A stretch of DNA of 64,000 nucleotides from Felis catus (taxonomy: Eukaryota). Positions 13,721 through 25,100 of this stretch are shown piece after piece. The stretch covers positions 157,544,001 through 157,608,000 of the forward strand of contig NC_058368.1 in assembly GCF_018350175.1 (NCBI RefSeq). Direction: 5' to 3'. A model generated the notes under the pieces. That model saw nothing but the letters and a program-made list of their open reading frames with translations, was not told where the DNA came from and ran no database searches. A program made the position numbers and the translations under genes. Position 1 is the first letter of the stretch, and each line of letters begins with the position of its first letter.

Positions 13721-15408
13721 CCAAACTTCAGTTTCTGAATAAAAACTAACTGATAATATTTTTTTGCCATAAGGAACATGTATAATAAAGGAACATATAT
13801 AAATATGTGTTATCATTTTTCATTTAAAAAGTAATAAAACCCTCATCTATGGGATAGTTATGGGTGCTTATCCAAACAGGACAAACTAAGGTCACAGTTA
13901 CTGAAAAATTCATTTAAGATTATCCAACAACCCAGAGGAGAAAAATACATAAAAGAAAGGCCAATGCATTATTGATTTTAATCCTGATTTTAGACAAGAA
14001 GATGCTACTAAGTTACCAGATGTTACTAGCTCTTGAACACTTTGAAAATGCAACAAGAGGAGATAGTTAGAACTTTATACCACTTATTATGTATGCATCT
14101 GACCACTTGTGTTAATGGGATAGCTACCAGGAATAAATTCTAAAATTCAATACCATTATAAGTAAAAGTCTCATGCATGTTAGTTTTTCTAAGTGTTCTT
14201 TAGCCTAAGTTTAACTGCACAAACATGACCTCAATTCTGTTTTAAAAGATAAAGCAATTACAGGTGATAAGGCATGTTTTAAAATAAATGTTTAACTTAC
14301 TAAGTACATTCCCATTACAAATGAGTTTCAATAAGGGCTTCAACTTTTGATTTTTAGCTTTTATTAGATATGTACACCAAGTAGCTCATTTGAAAATCAA
14401 GTAACTCTAGAGTTTAATTGAATAGTGGTTGAGCTATAAGTAAGAAAGTGATCTGGTATCTTCACCCAGTCAAGAAACAACACAGACTGAAACTGGCTAG
14501 GGAAACTCCTTTAGACAAATGGTTCAACAATCTCATAAAGGTGGTGTTTTGTAGTCAAAAGGTTTTGTTAAACTCGTAGTTGTTTCACTGTTTTTACAGC
14601 CCCTTGAATTAATCTTCTGTACTTCATAGGAAATGTAGGACGTTCTTAAGCATAGACTAGAGTGTAGGCAACACTAAAATGCTCAGAAGTTTGGTTATAC
14701 TCTTGACATCTGCCCATTACAAGCCAATTCTAGTGAAACAAAAACTTTTCTGTGACCAAAGAAATCTATGCCCATTTATATCCAGAAACTATTCCTCACA
14801 ATATATCAGGTCTATAACAGTAATATGTAATTTCCTAAGTAATTTTATTAAGGAACCTTAATTTGCTGCATAATATTCATTTCTGACATGATACTTAGAG
14901 GGTGGGAGAGAAGGAATAAAGCTAAGGTTTTTTGGAGTTGCATAAAACAAAGTTTTTTTATCCTATAAAAGTTGTTATAACTATCTCTTCATTTTTTATA
15001 TATTGCTTATTGACATAGACAAACTAAATCTATGGTTACTTTTACTCTATCAACCACTGTTGGTTTTGTGAATATGCAAACATAAATAGCATTCTGGGCC
15101 TAGAAAAGAGTGATTTCTCTAAGAAACACATTATAGAGACCTAACTCTATTCCCCTGGGTTAGATGTCTACTTGAAACATCTCCAGCTTTCTTTCTGAAC
15201 CCATTGTGGGTCTCTGACTTAACTGAAAGTTAACTTCAACTTTTTAGCAATCAACAGACATTTATTAAATACTTGGTATTTATCTGAGTGCCTAAGGTGC
15301 ATTATAAGTCATGATAAAGACAGTGCAAAAAGATTCAAAAGTCAAATGTAATTTCGGAACTTTGCCCAAACCAGAAAACTTTCTAGAAATGGTGTCAAGT
15401 GATTATTT

Positions 15409-15633
15409 ATTTTTTTTTAATTTTTTTTTTCAATGTTTATTTATTTTTGGGACAGAGAGAGACAGAGCATGAACGGGGGAGGGGCAGAGAGAGAGGGAGA
15501 CACAGAATCGGAAACAGGCTCCAGGCTCTGAGCCATCAGCCCAGAGCCCGACGCGGGGCTCGAACTCCCGGACCGCGAGATCGTGACCTGGCTGAAGTCG
15601 GACGCTTAACCGACTGCGCCACCCAGGCACCCC
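15409..15633 (-). mobile_element. Young felid SINEC_Fc
   Basis: CpG-rich, near consensus; TSD tcaa(g/c)tgattattt. Confidence 0.95.
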
Positions 15634-15659
15634 TCAACTGATTATTTTAAGTGGAATTG

Positions 15660-15890
15660 CTTATAGCTACTTAGTTACTGTTTATTGAGTGCTTAAAATG
15701 TGTCAGTCACTATAATCATTTTTACTATCATCATCAGGAATTCTAAGAATACTTTTGTGGGGTAGATACTATTATTTCCAATTCTCAGTTAAGTCCTATG
15801 AATTACCAAAGGTTACATAGCTAGTGAGTGGCCTGGGACTCAAATACTGGCCAGTCTCAATTTAAGAAATGTGCTCTTACCTACCACTTT
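15660..15890 (-). mobile_element. MIR
   Basis: ttattgagtgctta...ccaaaggttacatagctagtgagtggc. Confidence 0.6.
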
Positions 15891-17198
15891 ATACAGTAGC
15901 CTCTCTTGCCACTTCTTAACAATGGTTACATAAAATGTGAAACATCTAAAAGTTAGAAAATAAAGAATTGATAATAACTGATAAGCATTGATAGATTTTT
16001 AGTTTTGTACTACAGCTTAAGGAAAATACCAAGTACTTGAATTTGTTGTCACTTATGCAAGTAAATAAGAAAATGTATTCGTGATTTTTCCTGGGATACA
16101 ATTTATATAAAAGATCATTTTTCTTTCCTAAAAGAGGTACTACACCATTTTAAGAACTTGTTTTTTTTTTTTCATTTAGAAAGTCATTTTATTCTGTTAA
16201 AACATCACCTTACAGAGAAACCAAAGACTCTAATAATTATATTTTAACCACTGTAATTAAAAAATATATATATATATCTACGTAGGGACAGAAGAAGAAA
16301 GAAAACGAGAGCTAAAGCAGGAAACAGTGCAGGAAATCAAACATTTGACCCTGAAGAAATCCAATATAGTTAGCGCTTGTCAAAAGCTGGTAATGTTTAG
16401 AAAGATACCATGAATGTAAAATTTACTGATAATCCAAAGCTACCTTAAATAAACATTATCTCCTTCTTTGCCCCCAATATTTTATTAGATGCCAAAAAAG
16501 AGTCACCAGGCTTCACAAAATCTAGTATTTTGCTTGGTGAGTCAATCCAACCTAACACATATGAGAAACTTCTCTGCAGATCTGGAAGAACAAGATTAAA
16601 GTGCATGTGCAATAAAGAATAATTTATTTCTGGTCATTATAGCATTGAAAAGAATGAAATATAAAAGGATTGTCAAAACAGTAATGAGAAGAGGTCAAAA
16701 CCTAAACTAGTGAACACAATCCTTGTTTTTAAAGATAGCTTCTGGAAAACTGTAGTTATCTGGTGCAGGCCAAATTAAAATTATGTATCTTATATTTTAC
16801 TATTTCAAACAGTTATTAAAGAAACATAGAAGGCAAATCTAAACTGAAGAACCAGTTAAAAAGTTAGTTACTGTAACCAGCCTTTAAAACACCAATACTT
16901 GAAGCATAATATCCCGTTATCTTTTTCCAAGAAAGTCTGATGTAGGCTTTGTGATTATATAAAAAGCTTACGTGTCAAATCTGACTATAAATGCAACTGA
17001 AGATTTCTTCCTTGGGATCATGATCTCTAGAACATTAAGTCTAAGCAGAAGCAATAAACTTGGGAGGGAAGACTGAGATTATTTTTAAAGTACTAGAAAT
17101 TTATAAAATAAACCATCCAAAACATCCAAATAAAACATCCAAAACAAAGGGAGCCCTAAGAAGGCTTGAAACCAGGAAACTACATTTTCATATTTAAT

Positions 17199-17410
17199 TT
17201 TTTTTTTTTTTTTTTTTTTTTTTTGAGAGGATGAGTAAGTGGAAGAGGGCCGGGAGAGAGAGGGAGGGGAGAGGAAGAGAGGGAATATTTTCAGAAAGCT
17301 CCACTCCACCCCCAGCACAGAGCCTGGATCTCACAACTATGAGATCATGACCTGGGACAAAATCAAGAAAATCAAGAGTTGGACGCTTAACCAAGCCACC
17401 CAGGTGCACG
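17199..17410 (-). mobile_element. Can-SINE (older SINEC)
   Basis: Long T run (tail); TSD cata(t/c)ttaat. Confidence 0.88.
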
Positions 17411-17441
17411 CATACTTAATGTTCTAAAAAGATCACTCTGG

Positions 17442-17677
17442 GGGGCGCCTGGGTGGTGCAGTCGGTTAAGCGTCCGACTTCAGCCAGGTCACGATCTAGC
17501 GGTCCGGGAGTTCGAGCCCCGCGTCGGGCTCTGGGCTGATGGCTCAGAGCCTGGAGCCTGTTTCCGATTCTGTGTGTCCCTCTCTCTCTGCCCCTCCCCC
17601 GTTCATGCTCTGTCTCTCTCTGTCCCAAAAATAAATAAAAAACGTTGAAAAAAATAAAAAAAAATAAAAAAAAAATC
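17442..17677 (+). mobile_element. Young felid SINEC_Fc inserted in L2
   Basis: Near consensus; perfect 15-bp TSD aaaagatcactctgg. Confidence 0.95.
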
Positions 17678-18420
17678 AAAAGATCACTCTGGCTGCTGTG
17701 TGTAGGATGGACTATGGGGGTAAGAATGGATACTTGGGGGCTGGTTGGAAGTCCATGGTATTGGCCCTAAGAGAGCACGGTGGCTGAGACTAGAGTAGTG
17801 GTGAAGGATGGGGTTAAATTTTGAAAGTTTGGAGATTTATAGGACTTGTTGATGAATCAAATAAGCCCAGAAATGAGAAGAGAAATCAAGGATTATTAGT
17901 TGATTACTAGGCAATTGGTGACAGGTGCTGCCACTTACTGACATGGGGAACACTTCTGAAGATGTAGGTTTGAGGAGTGAAAGCAAGAACTGTGTTTGGA
18001 TTTGTTAAATTTGAGATGTCTCTTAAACTTTGATAAGGAGATGAGGTGTTGGAAGTAAGTGCCTGGAGTTGGAGGAAGGTCAGAGCTGGAGATAAATATT
18101 TGGAAGTCATTAACATATGGATGACATTTAAATCTATAGGACTAGATGAGATCACCTATAGAGAATGAATAGATAAAGAGGAGGAAGCTGGGATCTCCAA
18201 CATTCAAAGACCAGTCAAACAGGGGATGGCCAGCTGAGACTAAGAATGGGCAGGGCGGTAAATCAGTTTCATAACAGGAAGGAGTGGTTAACAGGATGGA
18301 ATGCTGCTGAGGTCAGGTAAGGGAAGAACAGAGAGACGTCCACTGATCTGAGCAACAAGGGACCTAGTCAGGTGTAATCTTACAGGTGTGGTGGAGACAA
18401 CCCAAAGTGATGGGAGGTAA
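17678..18420 (-). mobile_element. L2 fragment
   Basis: aagatcactctggctgctgtgtg...ttaaatttgagatgtct...ggactagatgagatcacct are typical antisense L2. Confidence 0.75.
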
Positions 18421-18844
18421 AGGAGCAGACACTGCTTTTCAGATACATCCTTAAACATCATCCTTCTCTCTTTAGGTGTCCCCTTAAACACAGACTTTAT
18501 TGCAGTTATTTTTTCACATGTCTGTCTGTTTCTACTAAAGCACAAGCACTTTCTTGAAGGCAAGGACCATCAAGGACTTAATTGGCTTTATATCCTCACT
18601 GTGTAGTTGTGTGCCTGGCACATGTCTTAAAATTTAAAGTGTTTGCTAAATGAATAAAAAAAATTTGGTAATTATAATTCGGACTCCTATCTCTTAATCT
18701 TTTATTAAAAAAAACTTAAGACACTCAACTAAGTTTCTACTATATGGATGTATTTTCTGTTTCTCTGAGACATCATGGTTTCTGATAATGGAAACCAAAA
18801 ACAATGATACTAAGTACAAGTTATTTTAAAATAGGCTAACACTT

Positions 18845-19064
18845 GGGGGTGCCTGGGTGGCTCAGTGGGTTGAGCTTCCGACTTTGGCTCAAGTCATGAT
18901 CTCATGGTTTGTGAGTTCGAGCCCCAAGTGCGGCTCTGTGCTGACAGCTCAGAGCCTGGAGCCTGTTTTGGATTCTGTGTCTCCCTCTCTCTCTGCCCCT
19001 CCCCTGCTTGTACTCTGTATCTCTCTCTCTCAAAAACAAAAATAAACATTAAAAAAGTTTTTTT
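18845..19064 (+). mobile_element. Can-SINE
   Basis: Full length; TSD aaata(g/t)gctaacactt. Confidence 0.92.
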
Positions 19065-21660
19065 AAATATGCTAACACTTAACTTTCCAGATAAGCCTAT
19101 CTAGATCCTGAAGTATCTCAGTGAATCTTATCAAAAGTTTAAGCCTGGCTTCACCTTTGAATAAGCTCACTGTTGAGGGGAAAAGTCCTCTAGACAAGAT
19201 TACCTCCATGAACCATGAACTAAGCACCCATACCTAATCCATTACAATGTATAGGTATAAGGAAAGCTTTATGTAGTAAGGATTATTTTTTGTTTTGTTT
19301 TTCCACAATGACAACACCAACAAAAAAGAAGAGCATCAAAGCACCAAAACAGAAATGGAGACAATCTGGAAGAAGTGAAGACACTGACTCAAGGCCTTCA
19401 GAATCATTTCAAAATGATGATTGAAAAGTAAATCCAGGTACTTTATACACAGTTTCTTAATGTTTCAATAATCACTAAGGACAGAAACCAGAGAAGGTCT
19501 GATCTTTAGGTTATAATCAAATTCTATTTTCATATTATCTGTGCTTGATGATTGTCTAAGTGCAATTAATAGAGAAGGTTATTAAATAAAGGAAATGCAA
19601 ACAAAATATAAATACAAAATTATAAACAAAAAATCCCTTCTCAAAACCAAAATTTCTTCCAATTAATACTTTCACCTTCCTCCCGAATATCACCAATCCC
19701 ATTGTCATCCAAATTTCCATCCAAATGTCAGAGTTTATAGGAGACATATAAACAATACGGCATTGTTCTAGTCTAGCCTCAAACCCCCAAACATACTTCT
19801 CAAATATAAAACACCTAATCAAATCTAAGTCTCTTGGTCAACAAACAAGAGACTGAATGAATGTTCACTAAAATGGTACTCATCATATTTATGGCCCCTG
19901 TGCCCAACCCACTCTCCCAACTGCTTCTGATTTCTCCTTTTTCTACTAAGAATACCTCTGGTGATGATGGCTAGAAATCTCAATTCAATCCTATTTCTTT
20001 AAATATGTTAAAAGTCTATAGATTCAATTCATCTCTAATGTCTCCCACAAGCATCCTACTTTAGACTCCAATCATCTCTCACCTGGACCACATAATTCCT
20101 CCTAATTTGTCTATTTCCTTCCTGATTCATTTTATATTCATCATGTAACACTGAGGACAGAATAATCCTAAAACACATCTTCAAAACACTTTAGATTTCT
20201 ACTCAGTGTCTCGTTAGTGTTGACAGAATAAAATTTAACCTGCTCCAATCTCCCTTTCCTCTCTTAAATCCAACTATATTTTTCTCCTATATTAACTTCG
20301 GGTTAAGTGGAACACAGTATTCCTTGGGACTCTCACACCCTACCCTAGCTTTTCTACTGCTGTCCTTTCTTTGCCTGTGTCATTCCCTCTGCTGGAGATA
20401 TGGTCCCCCATCTAGTCCCTGCCTTGCTAAAATCCTTTAAGACCTGAGGATGTTTTTTAGACCAATAATATGTAAGATCATCAATAAGAAAAACTTAGGC
20501 CATTTGTCTAACAATCTGGTTACTATATAACTGGTAGTCAAATGCTCTGACTGTAGAGTTCAATTCAAGGTGCTTAATAGGACTCATGAATCTTTAAGGA
20601 GCATATAGCCTAATTAATAAGATTCTCTCTTTTTATGTCCTATATTAAACTGCCAGCCATGGAAATGCTAGTTTGGCCTTTGCTGGCAAAGTATTGTGGA
20701 GGCTCTTAAACCAGTTTTTCCTACAGGTTTCACATGGCTCTCAAGGGCCATAATGCCATGACAGAAATTATAGATGGGTAGATAAATTGGAAGGAAGGGA
20801 GGGAGCAAAAGAAAAGAAAGAGCAATTCTCCTTGGTAAATTTGACCTGAGTTATATCTTTTTTTTTTTTTTCAGCTTCAACTTGGCTGTGGAGATACAGC
20901 CATTAATTTACTGTATTGTACTCCAGACCTGCTTTTCTACATTTTTGCATTAAGTCATGGAAAATGTAGTATGGATCTGAGGTAAGCAAGAGAGTCAAAT
21001 GTGGGGTTATATACACACTGTTTTCTTTATTCTAAAACTTAGTTGATTTTAAATGCAGAAATGCCCATATCATCACATTTTAGGAACATCTTCTCAAATA
21101 CTCTAAATACATTTGGCCCAAGTGGGCAAATACATTGACTGGACACCAGTGCCAGGCTCCTGAGCCTCTCTGTGGTCACTGCAAATTGTTAAAAATGACC
21201 TAGCATTGGTTAGGCTGAAATTCTAATTTTCCTGATTTAATCACAAATTACCTAGTAAGCATTATGAGCATAGCTTTCATAGTTTTTTTAGAAGTGTAAA
21301 TGGAACAAATGGAAAGGCTGGATCTGGTGATTGTCTTCCATAAGCTTTCCTGTAAATCATTCCAAGAATTCTACACCCCTTTCCTTTTAAACTCTTTTCT
21401 TGAACATGTTCCAATCCTTCACATATGTTCTTTCTTTCTCCTCCCAATTCTGGTGCCAAAGTTCCCTGTCTATCATTTTAGGCAATCTGGCTACTGCTTT
21501 CCACAGGGAAGAGCACCCTTCTTTGCACTGAGTACCTGATCATTTGAATAAATGTTTTAAACACCGGAACATGAGGTACAAATTTGACTTTACTGGATAA
21601 AAAGCACTTTAAAATCAAGTTTATCCTGAAGATGGGTCTAAGTTAAAAGTAAGATTAACT

Positions 21661-21888
21661 TTTTTTTTAAATCTTTTTTTCTTTTTCATTTTTTGAGAGA
21701 GAGCGAGCACGCATGCACGCGCGTGGGGGTGGGGGGGGAAGTGCAGAGAGAGAGGGAGACACAGAATCCAAATCAGGCTCCAGTCTCTGAGCTATCAGCA
21801 CAGAGCCAGATGCCAGCTCAAACTCACGAACTGTGAGATCCTGACCTGAGCAGAAGTTGGAAGCTTAGCCAACTGAGCCACCCAGCCC
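21661..21888 (-). mobile_element. Can-SINE (left of a tandem pair)
   Basis: SINE body flanked by ttaacttttttttt on both sides. Confidence 0.88.
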
Positions 21889-21894
21889 TTAACT

Positions 21895-22157
21895 TTTTTT
21901 TTTTAATGTTTTCTTCTTCTTCTTCTTCTTCTTCTTCTTCTTCTTCTTCTTCTTCTTCTTCTTCTTTTTTTTTTTTTTTTTTTGAGAGACAAGAGTGTGA
22001 GTAGGGGAGGGGCAAGGAGAGAGGCAGACACAGAATGTAAAGCAGGCTCCAAGCTGTGAGCTGTCAGAGCCCAATGAGGGACTGGAAACTCAGAAACTGT
22101 GAGATCATGACTTGAACTGAAGTCGGACGCTTAATTTACTGAGCCACCCAGGTGCCC
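21895..22157 (-). mobile_element. Can-SINE (right of a tandem pair) with GAA-expanded tail
   Basis: SINE body; agattaac direct repeats at 21652 and 22158 flank the pair. Confidence 0.88.
21911..21964 (-). repeat. (GAA)18 trinucleotide microsatellite
   Basis: 18 uninterrupted TTC units on the + strand. Confidence 0.97.
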
Positions 22158-25100
22158 AGATTAACGTCTTAAAATCTGGCTACACATAAAAGTGCAAGAA
22201 GAGGAATCTGATAATGCAAACCTCTTTGTTTTAGTTAATAAACATGTCCAATGGCAGTGGCAGTTTGTGCTGGCAGTTCTGGATGCTTGAGCAGTGCTTT
22301 AAGAACAGCGTCTTCTATATTTATAAGGAAGATTACTGAATACATACACACATACTCAAAACTGTTTGAGGACAGGAAGAAAAATGAATAAGGAAGAAGG
22401 TGTAAGTTTTTTCTTTGCCTTAAATCACAATGAATCAAATGCTAAAATTTTCACCTGGTAGAAAGATAGGCTAGGAGAGAAAATCACCTACCTCATGACC
22501 TATAGAATTAGTGATTTTAAAAGATCAAGTAATGCTTGATCTAAAGGGAGCAATTGTGAAGGACAGTAACTTTGGAGATTTGAATTACACTTTATGCTTT
22601 GACTGGCAATAATAATATCTGGTAATACTGAGAGAGACTGAGTTCCTCATGCAAAATTAAATGTAAGTGTATTTGTACACATTTTCAAAACACTATCATT
22701 TTCCTAGAAGACACTTACCAAAGAAGGAAAATTCTTTTAAAGCCAATAATTAGAGTTGACAAGAGACTGTGTTAACAGAATCCTTCTCAAACACTTCTGC
22801 TTTCTTATCTTTAAGCACAAAGCATGAAGAACCCTTGCCCCCAAAAACATCTATGCAAGACTTTTTATGTAATAGTTAGGTAAACATGATGATATTATTT
22901 GAGCCACCATCTTTGAAATTTTGAATAAACATTTTTAAAAAAATAAACTGACAGGCTCAGCAATGACAGAATCTGATAAGAATATTTTGATAAGATTTTT
23001 GTTACTATAAATGTCAGCATATGACAGCTACACATTACTGAATTAGCTAAAATACATTTAAAATTTGGGATTTTAATTCTAAATGCAGTTTTAGGATACA
23101 TTTTGGAGAAATATGTAATTACAATAATATATGTCCACTTAAAATATGTAGTGCTTACACAAACCATGTAATCAGAAACATCAATTTAGAATGATTATAA
23201 AGTGGTAATATGTGACTTTATTTAGTAACTTTCCTCTCACTTAAAACAATCTACAGTTAAAAAAAAGTACCTTTGCAATATATCCTAGATATCTGTATTA
23301 GTATGCCTAAATTTTCTTTCTTTTTAACATTTTTAAATAAACAATCATTTTGAAACTGTTTCACACTTAGTGGAAAACAACTTCTAGGAGATATTTACTC
23401 CAACTAAAACTCCCATCGCTAGATTCAGTGTCTCTCTCCCTGACTCCAGTCCCTGTTTTGAAAGATTCTCAAGTTAACATTTTTCATTTCTCTAAAAATA
23501 GAAAACTTGAATAATGATAGTCAATTACATTTGATTGTCTTTTGAAACAGTGAGGAATTGTTCCCAATCGAAGATTGTTTCCATGCACCCTAACAATTTC
23601 GTATACTTATTCAATTCAATTATATCTAAAGAACTTCTGTATTCTGCTTAAATCACAGTTTACTAAAATCCATGAATTTACTTCTCTGAAGTCTTAGGTC
23701 AAGTGGTTTAATTTATAAGAGTAAATCTAGTGTGCAAAATAATTTGGATAAAAATAACTTTCTGATGCTTAATTTAGGAAATTGTTGAAATTTCTGGCTC
23801 TTGGAAAGTCATTAGAAGAGGAGGACTAATAGTCATAACCTTGCACAGGCCAAAGCCACTTGGAGGCCACTTGTCAAGCACTGAGCATCCTCCTATCTGA
23901 GCACAAAAATGGTGGGCACAGTTTTATATGAAATTGAAAGCAATTTTCCCCCCAGAAGGAATTGGCTTGATCACCAGAAACAACTTCCCACTTAGCCAAC
24001 AAGTGTCAACATATTTCGAAACAGCTGCTACAATTTCGAGTCATGAGCCCCACTTCTGATATGTTTGTAAGGTATAAAGACCAAGTAATTTATCCTCCTA
24101 CTGTTAGATAAAAGTCCAGCCAGATGCCTACTGCCAGCAACTCCCTGATGGGGGAGCCCTGGTCTGGCCTAGCGTGGAGGAAGGTCATGACAACACATTT
24201 GTAGGAGACCTGGCTGAACACACCAGAGGATCCTGCAGTAAGTACCAACAGTGTAGTCACCTGAAGGGTCCCTCATTTCTTTATCTTCAGTCTCTTCCCA
24301 CTTTTCAACCACCTGGGATTAACATTCTTACCCCGATTCCTGCTTTTCCAAGCCCCTTACAAAGTATTTGTAGCTGAAATGACAGTGAGGCCTCGGACAG
24401 AAGCTGGTTAAGTCAGAAACAAGGCAGTGTCCAATTGCAAAGGCCAAGTCAGTTTATTTCTTCCCCCTCTCCTTGCATGCCACTGCTTCCATCACCAGCC
24501 CTTCAGGAGAAAAGGATTACCAGGACTAACTCAATCTGCCTGGCTCTAACCTCAGAAAGGCGGAAGGACTTGAAAAAGTGTTCTCCGTCTCCCTTCTCTG
24601 CTTCTGTACATATTGATCAGACCCATTAATCTGCATGCACAGAGATGGAAAAAAGAGAGCAATAGTAAATGGCAATTGAAGTAGTTAGCAGCAGAAAAAG
24701 TAATTGACTTCCATACCTTTGACTATAAAAAGTAAAAAGAAAAAAAAAAAATCAAGAACTAAGTGGTGGGTCCCGAGAGAATTTTTGATTTCCTGTTTCT
24801 TGGAAGACACTGGTATATAAATGTGAGGGTTTCTGGAGTCAAAGGACTCCAACCTTAATCCCATGCATGTAAACACTAAGGTGTACGAGGCAGAAATGAA
24901 GGTAGAAAAAACACTCCCTTCCTGGGCCCCAGCAGTCATGCAGATCATTGAACACTGGAAGCCTCTGGCACCTCACATTGCTGAGCACCATCCTTTCCCG
25001 GTGTCACTCTCCTCATCCACCTCTTCCCTACCAAGTGTACAGGGTCTGTCAATCTTGCTGTAATCAACTGTACAATTTCCCTATTGTTCCCCCAAGGTGG

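Noticed and set aside
15399..15641. Recurring ORFs such as 'GQRETEHERGRGRERGRHRIGNRLQALSHQP' and 'MAQSVKRPTSAQVMIS' (also at 5021, 17416, 46709, 58792 and others)
   Set aside because: Translations of Can-SINE copies, not a gene family.
21824..22074. Poly-Glu and poly-Lys ORFs
   Set aside because: Translation of the GAA microsatellite and A tail.
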